DNA of 64,000 nucleotides from Mobula hypostoma (taxonomy: Eukaryota), in contig NC_086097.1 in assembly GCF_963921235.1 (NCBI RefSeq), forward strand, positions 234,424,001 to 234,488,000, in the 5' to 3' direction. This document shows positions 35,126 to 48,305 of the stretch, one piece after another. A program made the position numbers and the translations under genes. The notes beneath the pieces are model-generated. The model was not told the DNA's origin. It saw only the letters and a list, made by a program, of their open reading frames with translations, and made no database searches. Each line of letters begins with the position of its first letter. Positions within the stretch are counted from its first letter, which is position 1.

Positions 35126-38100
35126 ATATTTAGAAAATACTCCTGCAGTCAATGTTGGTATAACACTATAATATGAAGAGACTGGGCCTTACAATAGGAC
35201 TGTAGAACAGTGAGATGGTGCAGGATTGCTTTTTGGCTGAACTGCAAAATGTGAAGTTGTCCTCGGCTGCTCGCAAACCAGAAATGGTACAAAACTGGCT
35301 AGTTTTCATGGAAGACAATGCAGCTATTGGTTGGAGAAGTGATCCTGCACACAGGTAGGCACAAAGGATCTAATAGAGATCTTTTTTTTCTGAAACTTCA
35401 CTGTTCTATAATAGTTATCTGTCTATTGTTCATGTATTAGTCTGTGCTTGTGGTTCAACATCCCCAAGCCCAGGGGTCAATGGTTAGGTACGTGCACAAG
35501 TTGTTCAATGGAAACACCAAAGCCTACCAATTATAAGTCCTTCAAAAAAAAACGCCAGTTCAGCAGGAGACACTCATTTAGATTCTATGCAAAATGCTCA
35601 TTTTCTCATATGTCAGCAAGTACATGGCTAACCCTGAAGGATTGACAACGACTTTGATCATCTTTTAAATCAATTGACTGGAGTTGGCACCTTACCTGAA
35701 ATATTGTCATTTGTGAGCTATTTGTTCCAATATCAATTAAAGCAGGTTAAGAATCCTTAATAAATTAACTCTATTCTTTAAAAACAAGCAGGTCATCTTT
35801 CAGTAAATGCCTGATTATAAATTAATTTAACGAGAGTGTGCTGTAGGCCTTAGCTTAGTTAATGCACCATGGTAGGAACTGTACAGTGATGAATGAGATC
35901 ATGTTGGCAGATTGCTATCTTTTGCATTTATCCAGAGGCGTACATATTAGTTTGGATGGTTGCTGCTTCCTGATAAATATCCAAGTACCACTGTGCACAT
36001 TTTTAATGGAGATGCGCATATTAAAGTTCATGATGTTAATATATAACATATTAGTATGGGACGATGCAATTTACATATTTCAACAGGGAATTTATTAACT
36101 TGTTTATTTCAGTAGGAAAGCTGGCAGAGATCATAGGAATCAAAGAAGTTGCTTTCCATAGGTTTTATTAACTTTAAACAAGATCAACTTTTTGTCATCA
36201 TTTTCAGCTGTACTTCCATCATTTCATTACACATGAATATGCACAGGGGAACTTGAATTGTCTGCATAATGGATTTATTTGGCACTTGGATGAAAGAAAA
36301 TGGAAAGCAATGTGGGAGGGAAAGGTTAGATTGATCTTGGAGCATGTTAAAGGTTCCCCACTACATTGTGGGCCGAAGTGTCTGTACTGTGCTATATGGT
36401 TTTATGTTCTAATTAATTAAGGGTTTTTTAATAACCTTCATTTAGGCATATTCTCAAAACTTGGAACTGCAATACTATAGATGCAAGAGATCCAAGACAA
36501 TTTGCAGATCTCGGAGTGGGGGTTGACTTTCTTGTTCCCAAGTGTGAGACTTAATTCTTTTTGTTCATGAGCAGGGTGGGGCCGATGTTCTACTTTGAAC
36601 AGGTTTGTTTTGTAGTTCTCTGGAGAAGACAAATCTCAGAGTTGTATACTGCAAACATACTTTGATGATAAATGTCCCTTGAACCTTGAAGAGTAACACA
36701 TAGCACAAATGTCCTCTTGACCTGAATCGTAGCCTGTTTAGTCCTCTCCATAGATGCTGCCTCTCATGTTAAAAGTCCCTCCAGTATTTTGTGTGTGTAA
36801 CTGTATTGCTACTGAATTTTGTCTGGCAGCTTCTCTGTTTCAAATTCTGCTGCATCCAATTGCAAGAACAGATTGTGGAAGAAGCATGTATTTGGAGCAC
36901 TTAATTCCTCAGATGAGAGCTGATTTTTAAAAAATAATATAGCAGCGCTTTCAAATCATGATCTGATCATTCCGCAACTCCTGCCACTCAAATGCGTCCC
37001 CATTATTGATGAGTTTTGCCAATGCTCCAGGTGAACTGGCATTAATCTCATTTTAAGTGCTGGTGAGTTTCAGGACTCCTATATGAAAGTGAATGTCACC
37101 TTCATTAACCACTCATGATGGTCTCCACATGGGGATCAGTGGTGGAGCAGCTGATATTTGCCGGTATTTAGAATGTGAATCTGTTCTTTCTCTTGTGTTA
37201 GGCTGGGCCAGGGGCAGGATCCATGAGCCCAATTCATTCATTGTACTTTACAGAACAAAGTGCAGAAGGAGGCTATGACTACTGAAACTAACTCACAGCA
37301 TGTTTACTAATGATAATTATTAATTCATTTTGAGAAACATAACCAAAAATATTTACTTTTATTTAAAAATTTAATGCTTTTTTCTCATTACAACTATCAG
37401 AGAGGAGATAGAGGGGCCAAAAGACACTCACTCAAAGCTTTAGGACCAGATTCCTCCCTTCTGCCATCAGATTTCTGAATGGACAATGAACCCATGAAAA
37501 CTATCTGAGTTCCCTTTTACCAATACTTATTTAATCTATATTCTTACATATATTTATTCTTGCAATTTATAGTATTTTTTACATATTGCTCTGTGCTACT
37601 GCGCAAAACAACAGATTTCACGACATATGTCACTGACATTAAACTTAACTCTGTTTATAATTCTGATTCAATTGACTTAGCTTTGGCCTATTTTCCAGAG
37701 ATTTCCTGAGTTCATCTATCCCTTATGTGAAAAATAAATGCTACCTAAGCACATCAATTGAATGATAAGAACACACATATGAATGTTGGGCCAGTTATTT
37801 TCATGTCATTCTCAAACCCACCTTGTCATTCAATAAAATCATAACTGCTCTGATCTTTGGCTTCACCTCCAATTTTCTGCCCAGTCTTCATAAACCATGA
37901 TACACTTTTGCAGGGAGAACTGGAGTGTAGAATATAATACAGATTACGTGAAAATATAAAAATTTAGTGTTCAGATGGTGGCTGTCCGTGAACAAGAAAC
38001 CTCCAAATACATCATGTAATTAGGAAGACAAATAGAATGTTAAAATTTATTGCAGCCGAAGAGTTAACCTAGAGTCAGCTTTGAATATGTCTTATAATGA

Positions 38101-38542
38101 AGGTGCTGCAGCGATCCATAATGAAGAATACAAAACCCTCTGAACTTACAACGGAAACAGTGAGTGGAAGGAGCCAAGTACTTCTGCATTTTGCCTCCCA
38201 CTGAAGAATATTGCTAACAGGAGCAGCCTCTGTTACTATCGACTGACCACGACAGTCTGCGCAGGGACGGTTACAAAATATATGGACTGATTTTATTATA
38301 ACCCGGATTAATAAATGAAACAATGTTCCAAGGGTTTAAGGAAAAAGATAGACATATTCTATCAGGTACATAAAAAAATGGATACAATAGGGTTTTTAAA
38401 GAGACTCTTGGATGGGTACATAGAGTTATGGGCTACCCTAAGCAATTTTTAAAGTAACGTCATGTTCGGCACAGCATTGTGGGCCTTAAGGGCCTGTACT
38501 CTGCTGTAGTTTTTCTATGTTTCTATGCTTTTACCTCAGTCT

Positions 38543-38567
38543 TATATATATATATATATATATATAT
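38543..38567. repeat. (TA)n microsatellite at SINE tail
   Basis: tatatatatatatatatatatatat. Confidence 0.95.
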
Positions 38568-38809
38568 GGCATCCGTTAGTCTTGCGAGACCATGGATCTG
38601 CGCCTGGAAAGTCTCTCCTCTCCACGAGACTCATGTTGTCCAAGGGAAGGGCATTAGGACCCATACAGCTTCGCAGCAGTGTCATAGCAGAGCAATGTGT
38701 GATTAAGTGCCTTGCTCAAGGACACAACACGTTGCCTCGGCTAGGGCTCGAACTCACGACCTTCAGGTCGCTAGTCCAATGCCTTAACCACTTGGCCACG
38801 TGCCCACAC
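38568..38809 (-). mobile_element. tRNA-derived SINE with CORE-like central motif
   Basis: Minus strand: A box TGGCCAAGTGG, B box GAGTTCGAGCC, then gtgtccttgagcaaggcacttaa; second copy at 57553-57856. Confidence 0.85.
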
Positions 38810-39217
38810 AAATGTACAGATATCCTGAGATCATGACTAATTCTGGGCCTCTCCATTAGGGAAATAATCCTTGCGTCATCTACTTTGACAAGACTCGCAA
38901 AATGTTCTGTTTTTGATTGAGGTCACTTGCAATTCTTCTAAACTCCAGAGACTATGGACCAATTTTTACTCAATATTTCCTCATTCAGCAAATATAACAC
39001 TGAATAATAAAAGTAGTAAATCTTTAAGGTACTGTTCCAAGGAGGCTAATCCCATATGCATATACATTATTAAAGCTCTTAATGGATAGAGCAAGATTTC
39101 CTTCATTGATATTCTATTCTCTTTGCATTAAGTGCCACCAATCTCTTTGCCTTCCTAATTACCGATAAGTTTCTTATACTTGGAAACACAGCTCTATTTG
39201 TAAATGAACATTTAATA

Positions 39218-39301
39218 CTGTGTTTCCCAATCTGGAGTCCACAGACCCCTTGGTTAATGATAGGGATCCATGGCATAAAAAAAAAAGGTTGGGAACCCCT
39301 G
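39218..39301. mobile_element. Tiny hAT/Charlie-like MITE
   Basis: Imperfect TIRs ctgtgtttcccaatct / aggttgggaacccctg; 8-bp flanks atttaata / gttcaata (6/8 match). Confidence 0.55.
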
Positions 39302-39424
39302 GTTCAATAGATTCGTACTGTTATCCTGACCAAAGTTCAAAGTTTAGAGCAAATCAGAGTATATATTGTATATGCTATGCTATTTATTTTCTTGCAACCA
39401 TTTACAGAAGTTAACAGAGTCAGT

Positions 39425-39795
39425 CAGGAGTGTTGGTGAATGAATTTGTCCACACTAGTTCAGGAACCTGATGGCTGTAGCTCCTGAACCTCATGGTATG
39501 GGACCAAAAGCTTCTGTACTTCTGATAGGCGTAGTGGGAAGAGGACGTTGCCTGGATGGTGGGGGTCTTTGATGATGGATGCTGCTTTCCTGTGTCACCA
39601 CTCTGTGTAAACGTACTCAAGGGTGGGGAGCATATTGCCTGTGACGAACTGGGCTTTAACCACCATTTTCTGCAGCCTTTTTCATTCACGAGCGTTGGTG
39701 TTTCCATACCAGGCAACCAGATAGAGCACTCTCAAATGTGTATCTATAGAAGTCTGTCAAAGTTTTTGGTGACATACCAAATCTGTGCAAACCTC
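39425..39795 (-). mobile_element. Rex1/Babar LINE 3' fragment
   Basis: KYRSFWSHTMRFRSY; gatggatgctgctttcctg motif. Confidence 0.7.
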
Positions 39796-39854
39796 ATTAC
39801 ACTCCATCTCCCATTTTTTTCCCATTCATTTGATGAGATGCAATGAGATTGGAA

Positions 39855-40195
39855 TGAGGGGATTGAAACCTATTCAATATTGAAAGGCCTAGATAGAGAG
39901 GATATGAAGAGGATGTTTCCTGTAGTGGGGGAGTTTAGAACCAGAGGCACAGCCTCAGAATACAAGGACGTCCCTTTATAACAGGGATGAGGAGGAATTT
40001 CTTTCTCATCTGTGAAATTCTTTGCCATAGATGGCTGGGGAGAGCAAGCCATGGGTATATTTAATGTGGACATTGATAGGTTCTTGATTAGTCAGGACAT
40101 CAAAGGTTACAGGGTGAAGGCAAGAGAATGGAATGGCAGAGCAGATTTGATGGGCGACATTGCCTAATTCTGCTCCAATGTTTTACGGTCTTATT
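39855..40195 (+). mobile_element. CR1 3' fragment
   Basis: ttgaaacctattcaatattgaaaggcctagatagag...agaaccagaggcacagcctcagaata. Confidence 0.8.
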
Positions 40196-40489
40196 TGGCA
40201 ATTTGTCTCCAGCTTGCAACTTACAATTCTGCCAGTCTTTTCATGCTTGCTCTTACCATGTGGGGTTTCATTCTATCTGTCATCTTCTTAAAAATCCTTT
40301 TGAAATCCAACATACAGTCCCCTTTGTCTACCTTATGCTGTTCTAAATGTGTGTTATCAGATTCTTAATAACTTATTGTAATGATTTCCTCACAATTGAT
40401 CTTAACAGGTCTATAGCTCTGTATATACTGTACTCCTGTTTTCTTAAATTGTGTGTTATATGTTTCCAATGTGCTAGAAACCTATCAGA

Positions 40490-40925
40490 ACATTGTTGCT
40501 GGGACTTGTGACCTGAGTTATAGTGAAAGGTTGAATAGTATTGGAGCATAGGAGAACCAGGTGAGGTTAGATGTATATAAAATTATGAAAGATATAGATA
40601 TGGGTAATGCAAGTATCCTTTTTTCCAACAAGGCTGAGTGAGACTAGAAGTAAAGGTCTTGGGTTAAGGGTGAAAGTCAAAATGTTTAAGGGAAACCTGA
40701 GAGGGTACATCTTCCCTCAGTTGGTGGATGAGAGCATTGAACAAGCTTCCAGCACAAGAGGTGAATGTGGGCTTGATTTCAACATTTAAGAGAAGTTTGG
40801 ATAAGTAACTGCATGGGAGGGGTGTGGTGGTACTGTTTGATGGGGCTAGGCAGTTTAATATTATGACATGGACTGGTTGGGTTACCAAGCCTGCTTCTGT
40901 GCAGTCATGCTCTGTGACTCTATGG
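40490..40925 (+). mobile_element. CR1 3' fragment (old)
   Basis: ETRSKGLGLRVKVKMFKGNLRGYIFPQ; ctgtgactctatg tail. Confidence 0.75.
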
Positions 40926-41251
40926 CTGAACATAAAGAATTTTAGAAAATCTTCAGGGAAGAAAGAGGTCAAATTACCTCTGATGTGCAAAATACAGTGT
41001 GCTCAATGTCTTCATGTGTAACTTTTATTGTTTGCATTATATTTCTTTGTTCTACTGTACTATTCATTATCACCAATTTATTAACTTCCTGTTTGAGTTG
41101 AGATGTTATCCAATCTTGGCAATTCACTTGTAAATGTTTCATCACCAAACATTTGCTCATGGATTACCAAGATTGAAGAGCAGCCAAGCCTCAACCACCT
41201 GAGCTACACGTTCTCTGAGTGACTGCATCCTTTTTTATATAAATGTTAATA

Positions 41252-41385
41252 TCCTTCCAGTCCTGATGAAGGCTCTCGGCCTGAAATGTTGACTGCTTAC
41301 AATTTTCCATAGATGCTGCCTGACCTTCTCAGCTCCTCCAGTAACTTGCTTGGATTTCCAGCATCGGCAGGCTTTCTGATGTTTG
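41252..41385 (+). mobile_element. Penelope-type hammerhead element 3' part
   Basis: Hammerhead motif, then catagatgctgcctgacc...ggatttccagcatc. Confidence 0.8.
41258..41295 (+). ncRNA. Minimal type I hammerhead motif, core retained, stem III decayed
   Basis: CAGTC-CTGATGA-AGGC-TCTCG-GCCT-GAAAT-GTT-GACTG: 5-bp stem I and 4-bp stem II are perfect. Confidence 0.65.
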
Positions 41386-41448
41386 TCATTTCCTCCCAAT
41401 CTGCATTTAAAGCTCATATTGTTTCTTTTATGAATTCTACAAATGGTA

Positions 41449-42072
41449 CGGGGGGGTGATTGATAAATTTGTGGCCTAAGGTAGAAGGAGTCAATTTTAG
41501 AAAACCTAGCACATTTATTTTTCAACATAGTTCCCTCCTACATATACGCACTTAGTCCAGCAGTCGTGGAGCATACGGGTCCCTTCTTCATAGACATCGG
41601 TGCACAGCAGGGGTGATTGATAAGTTCGTGGCCTAAGGTAGAAGGAGATGAGTTACTAACTTCAAACTTTCTGCATTATCACTCAAAGAATTGAACTGTA
41701 TGTGCATGTAACGAGAGCATCTTGGACCTCCAGCTGGTCCACAGCAGGGGTGATTGATAAGTTCGTGGCCTAGGGTAGAAGGAGATGAGTTATACAGCTC
41801 TCGTTACATGCACACGCAGTTCAACTCTTTGAGTGAAAATGCAGAAAGTTTGAAGCTTCTCCTCATCTCCTTCTACTTTAGACCACGAACTTATCAATCA
41901 CCCCTGCTGTGGACCACTTTCTGGAGGTCCAAGACGCCGACTTCTCTAAGAAGGGATCCGTCTGCTCCACAATCGCTGGACTAAGTGTGTAAATGTAGGA
42001 AAAATAAATGTGCTAGGTTTTCTAAAATTAACTCCTTCTACCTTAGGCCATGAAGTTATCAATCACCCCTCA
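41449..42072. mobile_element. Mariner-type non-autonomous foldback element (MITE) with internal TIR copies
   Basis: TA at 41447-41448 and 42073-42074; long TIRs cgggggggtgattgataaatttgtggcctaaggtagaaggag... / ...ctccttctaccttaggccatgaagttatcaatcacccctca. Confidence 0.88.
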
Positions 42073-42272
42073 TATAACCTTTTTCACCATCCTTTGTTGT
42101 GTCTAAAGATTCCCCAATTCTCAGGTCTGTTGCTTATCTTTGCAACTTCATAAGTCTTTCCTTTTAGTTTAATGCCTTTCTTAACTTGAATTTACCGCGA
42201 ATACTTATTTTTTCCCTGAGTGCATTTTTCCAATAAAATATTTGTTCATTGAAAATTATAAAATCCCAGTGT

Positions 42273-42595
42273 TCACCCAGGACATGTCCTCTTCTCATTG
42301 TTACCATCAGGAAGAAGGTACAGAAACCTAAAGGCACACCTTAGGGATTCAGCAACTGTTTCTTCCCCTCTGCCATCCAATTTCTAAATGGACATTAAAC
42401 CCATGAAGACTACCTCACTTTTATTATTTCTGCTTTTGCACTATTTTTAATTTAACTATTTAATATACATGTATATTCTTAGTGTAATTGATTTACTTTT
42501 TTTCTATATTATCATGTATTGCATTATACTGCTACCGCTAAGTTAACAAATTTCACAACATATACCAGTGATATTAAACCTAATTGTGGTTCTGA
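42273..42595 (+). mobile_element. Rex1/Babar LINE 3' fragment
   Basis: cacccaggacatgtcctcttctcattgttaccatcaggaagaaggtacagaa; attaaacctaattgtggttctgat tail. Confidence 0.8.
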
Positions 42596-45444
42596 TGTTA
42601 ACATTTGCCTCTCCTTTCTTTTTATCTATTTCCCAGTGCACTTTGAGCAAAACACCTTTCATACAACACAAGTTTCAAACGAAGTTTGCCATTCTCAAAC
42701 TGAATGTTAAAATGATCACATGATGATCAATCTTCTCATGAAAATACTTTATTATGAGTTGATCAATTAATCTTGTCTAATAAACAAATCTAAAATAGTT
42801 TGTTCCCTTGCAGGACCAAAACATATTGCTGTAATAAACTGTTTTCAATGTGTTACATGAATTTTCCCTGAAGATTATCATTGTCAATTTGATTTGTCAT
42901 GCCAATATGAAGATTAAATTCCCCTGTGACTATTAGATTAATATTTCATTTCTCAATCTTCTGCATCCAGGGTATACTGGCATATGCTAATGAACCTGTC
43001 CACATCTCTTAATCTCCTAAATCATTTATTATTTCTGCAATGTGGGACCAAAAACAGCAACCAGTTTTCTCATTATATTTGAACTTTAGCCTCAGGGCAA
43101 CTATCTACTAACCTACTTCCAGCCTGAGACTAACGTATTTTCTTTCCTTTCTCGAAGGATCCTTCAGTATGGTAGTGTAGCAGTTAGGATACTGCAGATT
43201 ATTACAGCGCCATCTGTGAGACTGGAGTTTCATGTGCAGAGAGAGAGAGAGAAAAAAAATTGTGCAAACAATAAAAGTTAAGCAAGTATGTTCAGAACTG
43301 AAGTTTTATGAAAGACACAAAGCCTGGCTGGAGCAGGCCGCAGCCTTAGTTCAGCACAGACCTCAGCAAAAGTTGCCAAGCGAAAAGCAGAACCAGGTTG
43401 ACCCAGACCTCACCTTGCCTCCAGTCCTCACCCCCGGCACGTAAATCATCGAAACATTGGGTTGTTACTCGCTCTTGTACCGCTCTGGGGCCTGACTCCT
43501 GCCACCATGATTCAGCCCATACCTGTCCTTTCCAAATTAGTCCGGCATTTAAATCAATCAGACCTCGGAACTTTCCTTGCTCTCGGGCGTGCCACGACTT
43601 TGCTTCGACTCACCTTCGCTTGCTTTGGCTATGCCTCACCTGCATCTCCACCTCCACTACCACTGGTAGCATTGATCATTACTGGTAAAGTGTTATCAAT
43701 AAGGTATTTAGCAGTTTTCTGTCTTTTGTTTTTTGCTGTTGATTAGGAGTGCTAGACATCACCAGCAGCATCTTAAAGCTAATCTTTGGAAATGTTAACT
43801 CTATCTCACTCTCCATAGATGCTGCCTGACCTCTGAAATTCGAGGGCTTTGTGGTATTGTTTCTGTATTTGCCTCTCTTGAGACATGCCTCAAATTATTT
43901 TTGATCACATTTTAGCACTTACAGAACCTTATTTGTTAAAATAAAAGTCACAGGAAAATCCCAAATCTTAACAATGACTTTACCAATTAATGGAATTTCT
44001 TTCAGCTGTTTCTAATTACATTCAACTGCAATCATATCCCATTCTAATGTAAAATAAAAACTGGCAGAGTAAAACTGCGTCATGATAACAAGTTGTTAGG
44101 TTATTTTGTGATAAAAATGTTCTTGAAAGGTCAGCAGTCCACAAGCATAGTAGTTATGACTTTTCAGAAACCAGTAAAGTCTCGCTCTCTGTACAGTTGT
44201 TAGGAAGTCCCTGAGGACATGTTTGTGCTGAACAAATTCCAATTGTATGTGCCACTGTAGACAAATAACAGACAGAAGAACACCATATGGCCTTCTGATG
44301 AGGTTGTTACTCTGTATTTTATATAAACCAAAAATTGATTTTTTTCCCTTATAAACTTTTGAGTCTCCTTAACAACACAACATGATTATGCCTCATATTG
44401 AGCTCGCAATCATAACTTCACCCTCGTTTTTCACAACTTCTCTTTCATGGCCAGATATGCCATTTTATTAACATTAATATTTTCAATCATTTTCCAATTC
44501 TGTTTGAGATTTCTTCCACTCAGTTTTACTTTGCAAGGAATTCTTCTTTATTGAAGTATAGGCTGGTGCAAGTATAACAGCAGAACATGGTGAGAATGGT
44601 TAGCTCTGCCTCAAAAACTGCTTTTCTTTTATGATCACTACAAATTTCAGCAGAATCGTTCAGTACTAGTGTGCTTGTAAGTCATTTTTATCATTGCGGA
44701 ATGAATACTTGATTAAAAATAAGTAAAGTACTTTTCAGAAATATTTCACACCAAAGACCATAATTTTGATGCATGTACCCAGTCATTTTATTAAAGTTCC
44801 TAGTTGTTCCACCACAAGTTTCTATTAGAGATTTACTATTTCAATTTAAAATGACGAAGTGGTTAAATAGTATAAGTACGGCTTGTTTGTAATGAAGTAA
44901 CATATTTCAGTGAGTTCAGATGATATCCCTAACTCCGATGATAAAACTCAGATGCTGTAATTCATAAGGAATGTCTAATGTCCAAGCATGTTTTTATTTT
45001 GGTTGAAAGCCATTTCATTTCATTTGAAACATTACTATCTTCATCTATCGCGTTAATGCTTCCATTGTTCATGACTAATGAATATGTAGACCCTAAAACG
45101 TTAAGAATCACATAAACATTTGGCATTTAAAAATGATCTTGAAAATTGATTCATTGTTAACTTCATGGAGTGTAATTATGAGATAATCACTCCTTGCTGA
45201 GATCCAACATTATGCCTTAAAACTAAATCTTAGTGAAGGATGCAGCCAAAGAGTATTAACTCCAATCTTTCGTATACTTCTGTAATATCAATACTTGTAC
45301 TCCAATTCTTGGCTATTTATACTTAGGAATCATAGTGTGATTTCAATATGTGGTAGGGCGATTACTGGCGTTGAGTATGTTCTGCAAGTGGGTTGGCTTG
45401 GTCATTCAGACATCTAATGGGGGAAAGAGATGGAGCTGCTCATA

Positions 45445-45962
45445 AAACATCTATAGATGTATCAAAGACAGCATTGTGACAGGCTGCATCACTGTCTGGT
45501 ACGGGGGTTGTGGGGGGAGCTACCACGCTAGATCCAAAGAAGCTACAGAAAGTCATAAAATTAGTCAGCTCCGTCTTAGATACTGGCCTCCATAGTACCC
45601 AAGACATCTTCAAGCAGCGGTGCCTCAGAAAGGTGGAGTCCATCATTAAGGACCGTCATTACCCAGGACCTGCATTCTTCTCATTGTTACCATTAGGAAG
45701 GAGGTACAGGAGCCTGAAGGCACACACACTCAACGATTCAGGAACAGCTTCTTTCCCTCTGCCATATGATTCCTAATTAAACTTTGAACCCAGAAACGTT
45801 ACCATAATTTTTTCTTAATATATATAATTTCTGTTTTTGCACTATTTTTAATCTATTTAATATACATATATATACTTACTGTAATTGATTTACTTATTTA
45901 TTTATGTTCCTTCTTTCTGTATTATCATATATTGCATTGTACTGCTGCTGCTAAGTTAACAA
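45445..45962 (+). mobile_element. Rex1/Babar LINE 3' fragment
   Basis: KKLQKVIKLVSSVLDTGLHSTQDIFKQRCLRKVESIIKDRHYPGPAFFSLLPLGRRYRSL. Confidence 0.85.
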
Positions 45963-46180
45963 GGGATATCTGTGGTGATGATTCTCTCTGTGCGCAGACT
46001 AATAGGGACATCTCACAACAGTAACCACCATGGGGCTTTATCTTTTCCTGAAGTTGGTTACAAATATGACAAATCTAATTTACCAATTTATCTTCCTCTT
46101 CCAATTTGTCTTGCTCTTAATTTATCTTCTTCTTCCAATTTGTGGGTAATGAGTTGTGGATTTCTGGCTGTAATTTTCAT

Positions 46181-46508
46181 TGGGTGGCAGAGTGGAGATA
46201 TCTCTCTACCAAAGGAGGTGTAAGGCACTCCTTCCTTCTGCTAACCTGCAGCTCACCTGTGGGCAAGGTGTAGCCCCCAACCCACCTCCTTCCCTGATCA
46301 GGGTCACATGATGTCATGGTTGGTCGCATGGTTATGTGACCACTAATGCCAGGCAAACAAATTCTGAAGTGTATTGATGATGGCTGGGGTCACTGCCCAA
46401 AAGGAGCAATGGCAAAGCACTTCTGTAGAAAAATTTGTCAAGAACAATCATGGTCACAAGACTAGGATTGCCTATGTCAAATGACATGGCACATAATGAT
46501 AATGATGA
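46181..46508 (+). mobile_element. RTE-related non-autonomous element (SINE-like)
   Basis: aaggagcaatggcaaagcacttctg resembles the GGAAGGCAATGGCAAACCAC motif of BovB/RTE-derived SINEs; (aatgat)n tail; second copy at 60156-60497. Confidence 0.7.
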
Positions 46509-46729
46509 ATACCCTAAAGGTTTTTTTTGCATGCATTTTCATGAAAATAAAATATAATTAAATTGAAGAGAAATTACACATATTACACAATTGTCAAAGA
46601 CTGACAAGTGCACAAATGTACTTTTTAGAGGGAATAAGTTTTGCTCCCAAAACCCCGTTGTATTTGTATAGTTGGTCACAATGAATGCAAAGGTGGCTGT
46701 GGGATGAATTCCATCATCATGGAAAGTGG

Positions 46730-48305
46730 CCAGTGAAGGAGTGGAGCTTTGAGGCTTTGACTCGAGAGTCTTTGACGAGAAGAGGCGGAAGACAAGCTTG
46801 CTCGCAGTTGGTCTTTACAATGCCTCCTGAGACGGTGAGGTGCCTCTCATGTGAGCTGTGGCAGTCTTGGGGGAACGCCCCCCTCCCGCAGAGTCACATC
46901 TGCCAGAAGTGCATACGGCTGGGTGATCTGGAAAACCGTATAAGGAATCTGGAGCAGCAGCTGGATGACCTTCGACTTATAAGGGAGAATGAGGCAGTCA
47001 TAGATGAGAGCTACAGGGAGGTAGTCACATCTTGGCTGTCGGAAGCAGGTCGTTGGGTGACAGTCAGAGGGGGAAAAGCGAAGGTGAGCAGACAGGTAGT
47101 GCAGAGCACCCCTGTAGCCATTCCCCTGAATAATAAGTTTACCATCCTGGATACTGTTGGCGGGGACGACCGACCAGGTGTGAGCCACGGTGGCAGGGCC
47201 TCCGGCACTGAGTCTGACCCTGTGGTGCAGAAGGGTGGGACGGAGAAGAGGAGCGCTGTCGTCATTGGAGGCTCTATAGTCAGGCGAGCAAACAGGAGAT
47301 TTTGTGGACGTGAGAAGGACACCCGCATGGTTTATTGCCTTCTGGGTGCCAGCGTCCGGGATGTCTCTGACCAGGTGCACGACATCCTGGTATGAGAGGG
47401 AAAGCAACCAGAAGTTGTGATACATGCTGGTACCAATGACATAGGCAGGAAGAGGGATGAGGTCCTGAAGTGTGAGTTTCGGGAACTAGGCAGAAGGCTG
47501 AAGAACAGGACCTCAAGGGTGGCGTTCTCAGGATTGCTGCCAGTGCTACGTGACAGTGATGATAAGAATTGGAGGAGATGGCAGCTGAATGCGTGGTTGA
47601 GGAGTTGGTGCATGGAGCAGGGTTTTAGATTTTTGGATCATTGGGATCTCTTTAGGGGAAGGTGGGACCTGTACAGATTGGATGGATTGCACCTGAACTC
47701 CAGGGGGAGCAATATCCTTGCAGGTAGGTTTGCTAGCATGGTTCGGGAGGGTTTAAACTAATTTGCAAGAGCGATGGGACCCAGAGCAGTAGAGCAGTGA
47801 AAAAAGTGCATGGAGTAAAGCCAGATCTATCATACAGACAGGCTTTGAGGAAAGAGAAGCAGAATAAAGGGTGTAAAGGTAGTAAGGTAGAAGGGCTGAA
47901 GTGTGTATACCTCAATGCAAGAAGCATCAGGAACAAAGGTGATGAACTGAGAGCTTGGATACATACATGGAATTATGATGTAGTGGCCATTACGGAGACT
48001 TGGCTGGCACCAGGGCAGGAATGGATTCTCAGTATTCCTGTATTTCAGTGCTTTAAAAGGGATGCGGGGGGTGGGGAGTGCAGGAGGGTTGGCATTACTG
48101 GTCAGGGATACTATTACAGTTACAGAAAGGGTGGGTAATGTAGCAGGATCCTCTTTTGAGTCAGTATGGGTGGAAGTCAGGAACAGGACGGGAGCAGTTA
48201 CTCTGCTGGGGGTATTCTATAGGCCCCCTAGGAGCAACAGAGATACAGAGGAGCAGATTGGGAGGCAGATTTTGGAAAGTTGCAAAAATAACAGGGTTGT
48301 TATCA
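46730..48305 (+). mobile_element. CR1 LINE 5' end: ORF1 (zinc finger/leucine zipper and SGNH esterase) plus start of ORF2 (APE endonuclease), 3'-truncated
   Basis: CLSC...HICQKC, LEQQLDDL, VVIGGSIVR, IHAGTND, DGLHLN; ORF2 YLNARSIRNK...VAITETWL; stops and frameshifts. Confidence 0.93.

Noticed and set aside
35686..35710. Minus-strand tttcAG|GTaagg as an exon end or recursive splice site
   Set aside because: Weak polypyrimidine tract and no convincing open frame upstream; expected by chance in 64 kb
38730..38809. tRNA gene
   Set aside because: A and B boxes are present but run into a SINE body and tail, with a second diverged copy; no complete cloverleaf
41449..41912. Repeated ~38-bp units with spacers resembling a CRISPR array
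   Set aside because: Units occur in both orientations, are copies of the element's TIR, spacers are self-related, and no cas genes are present
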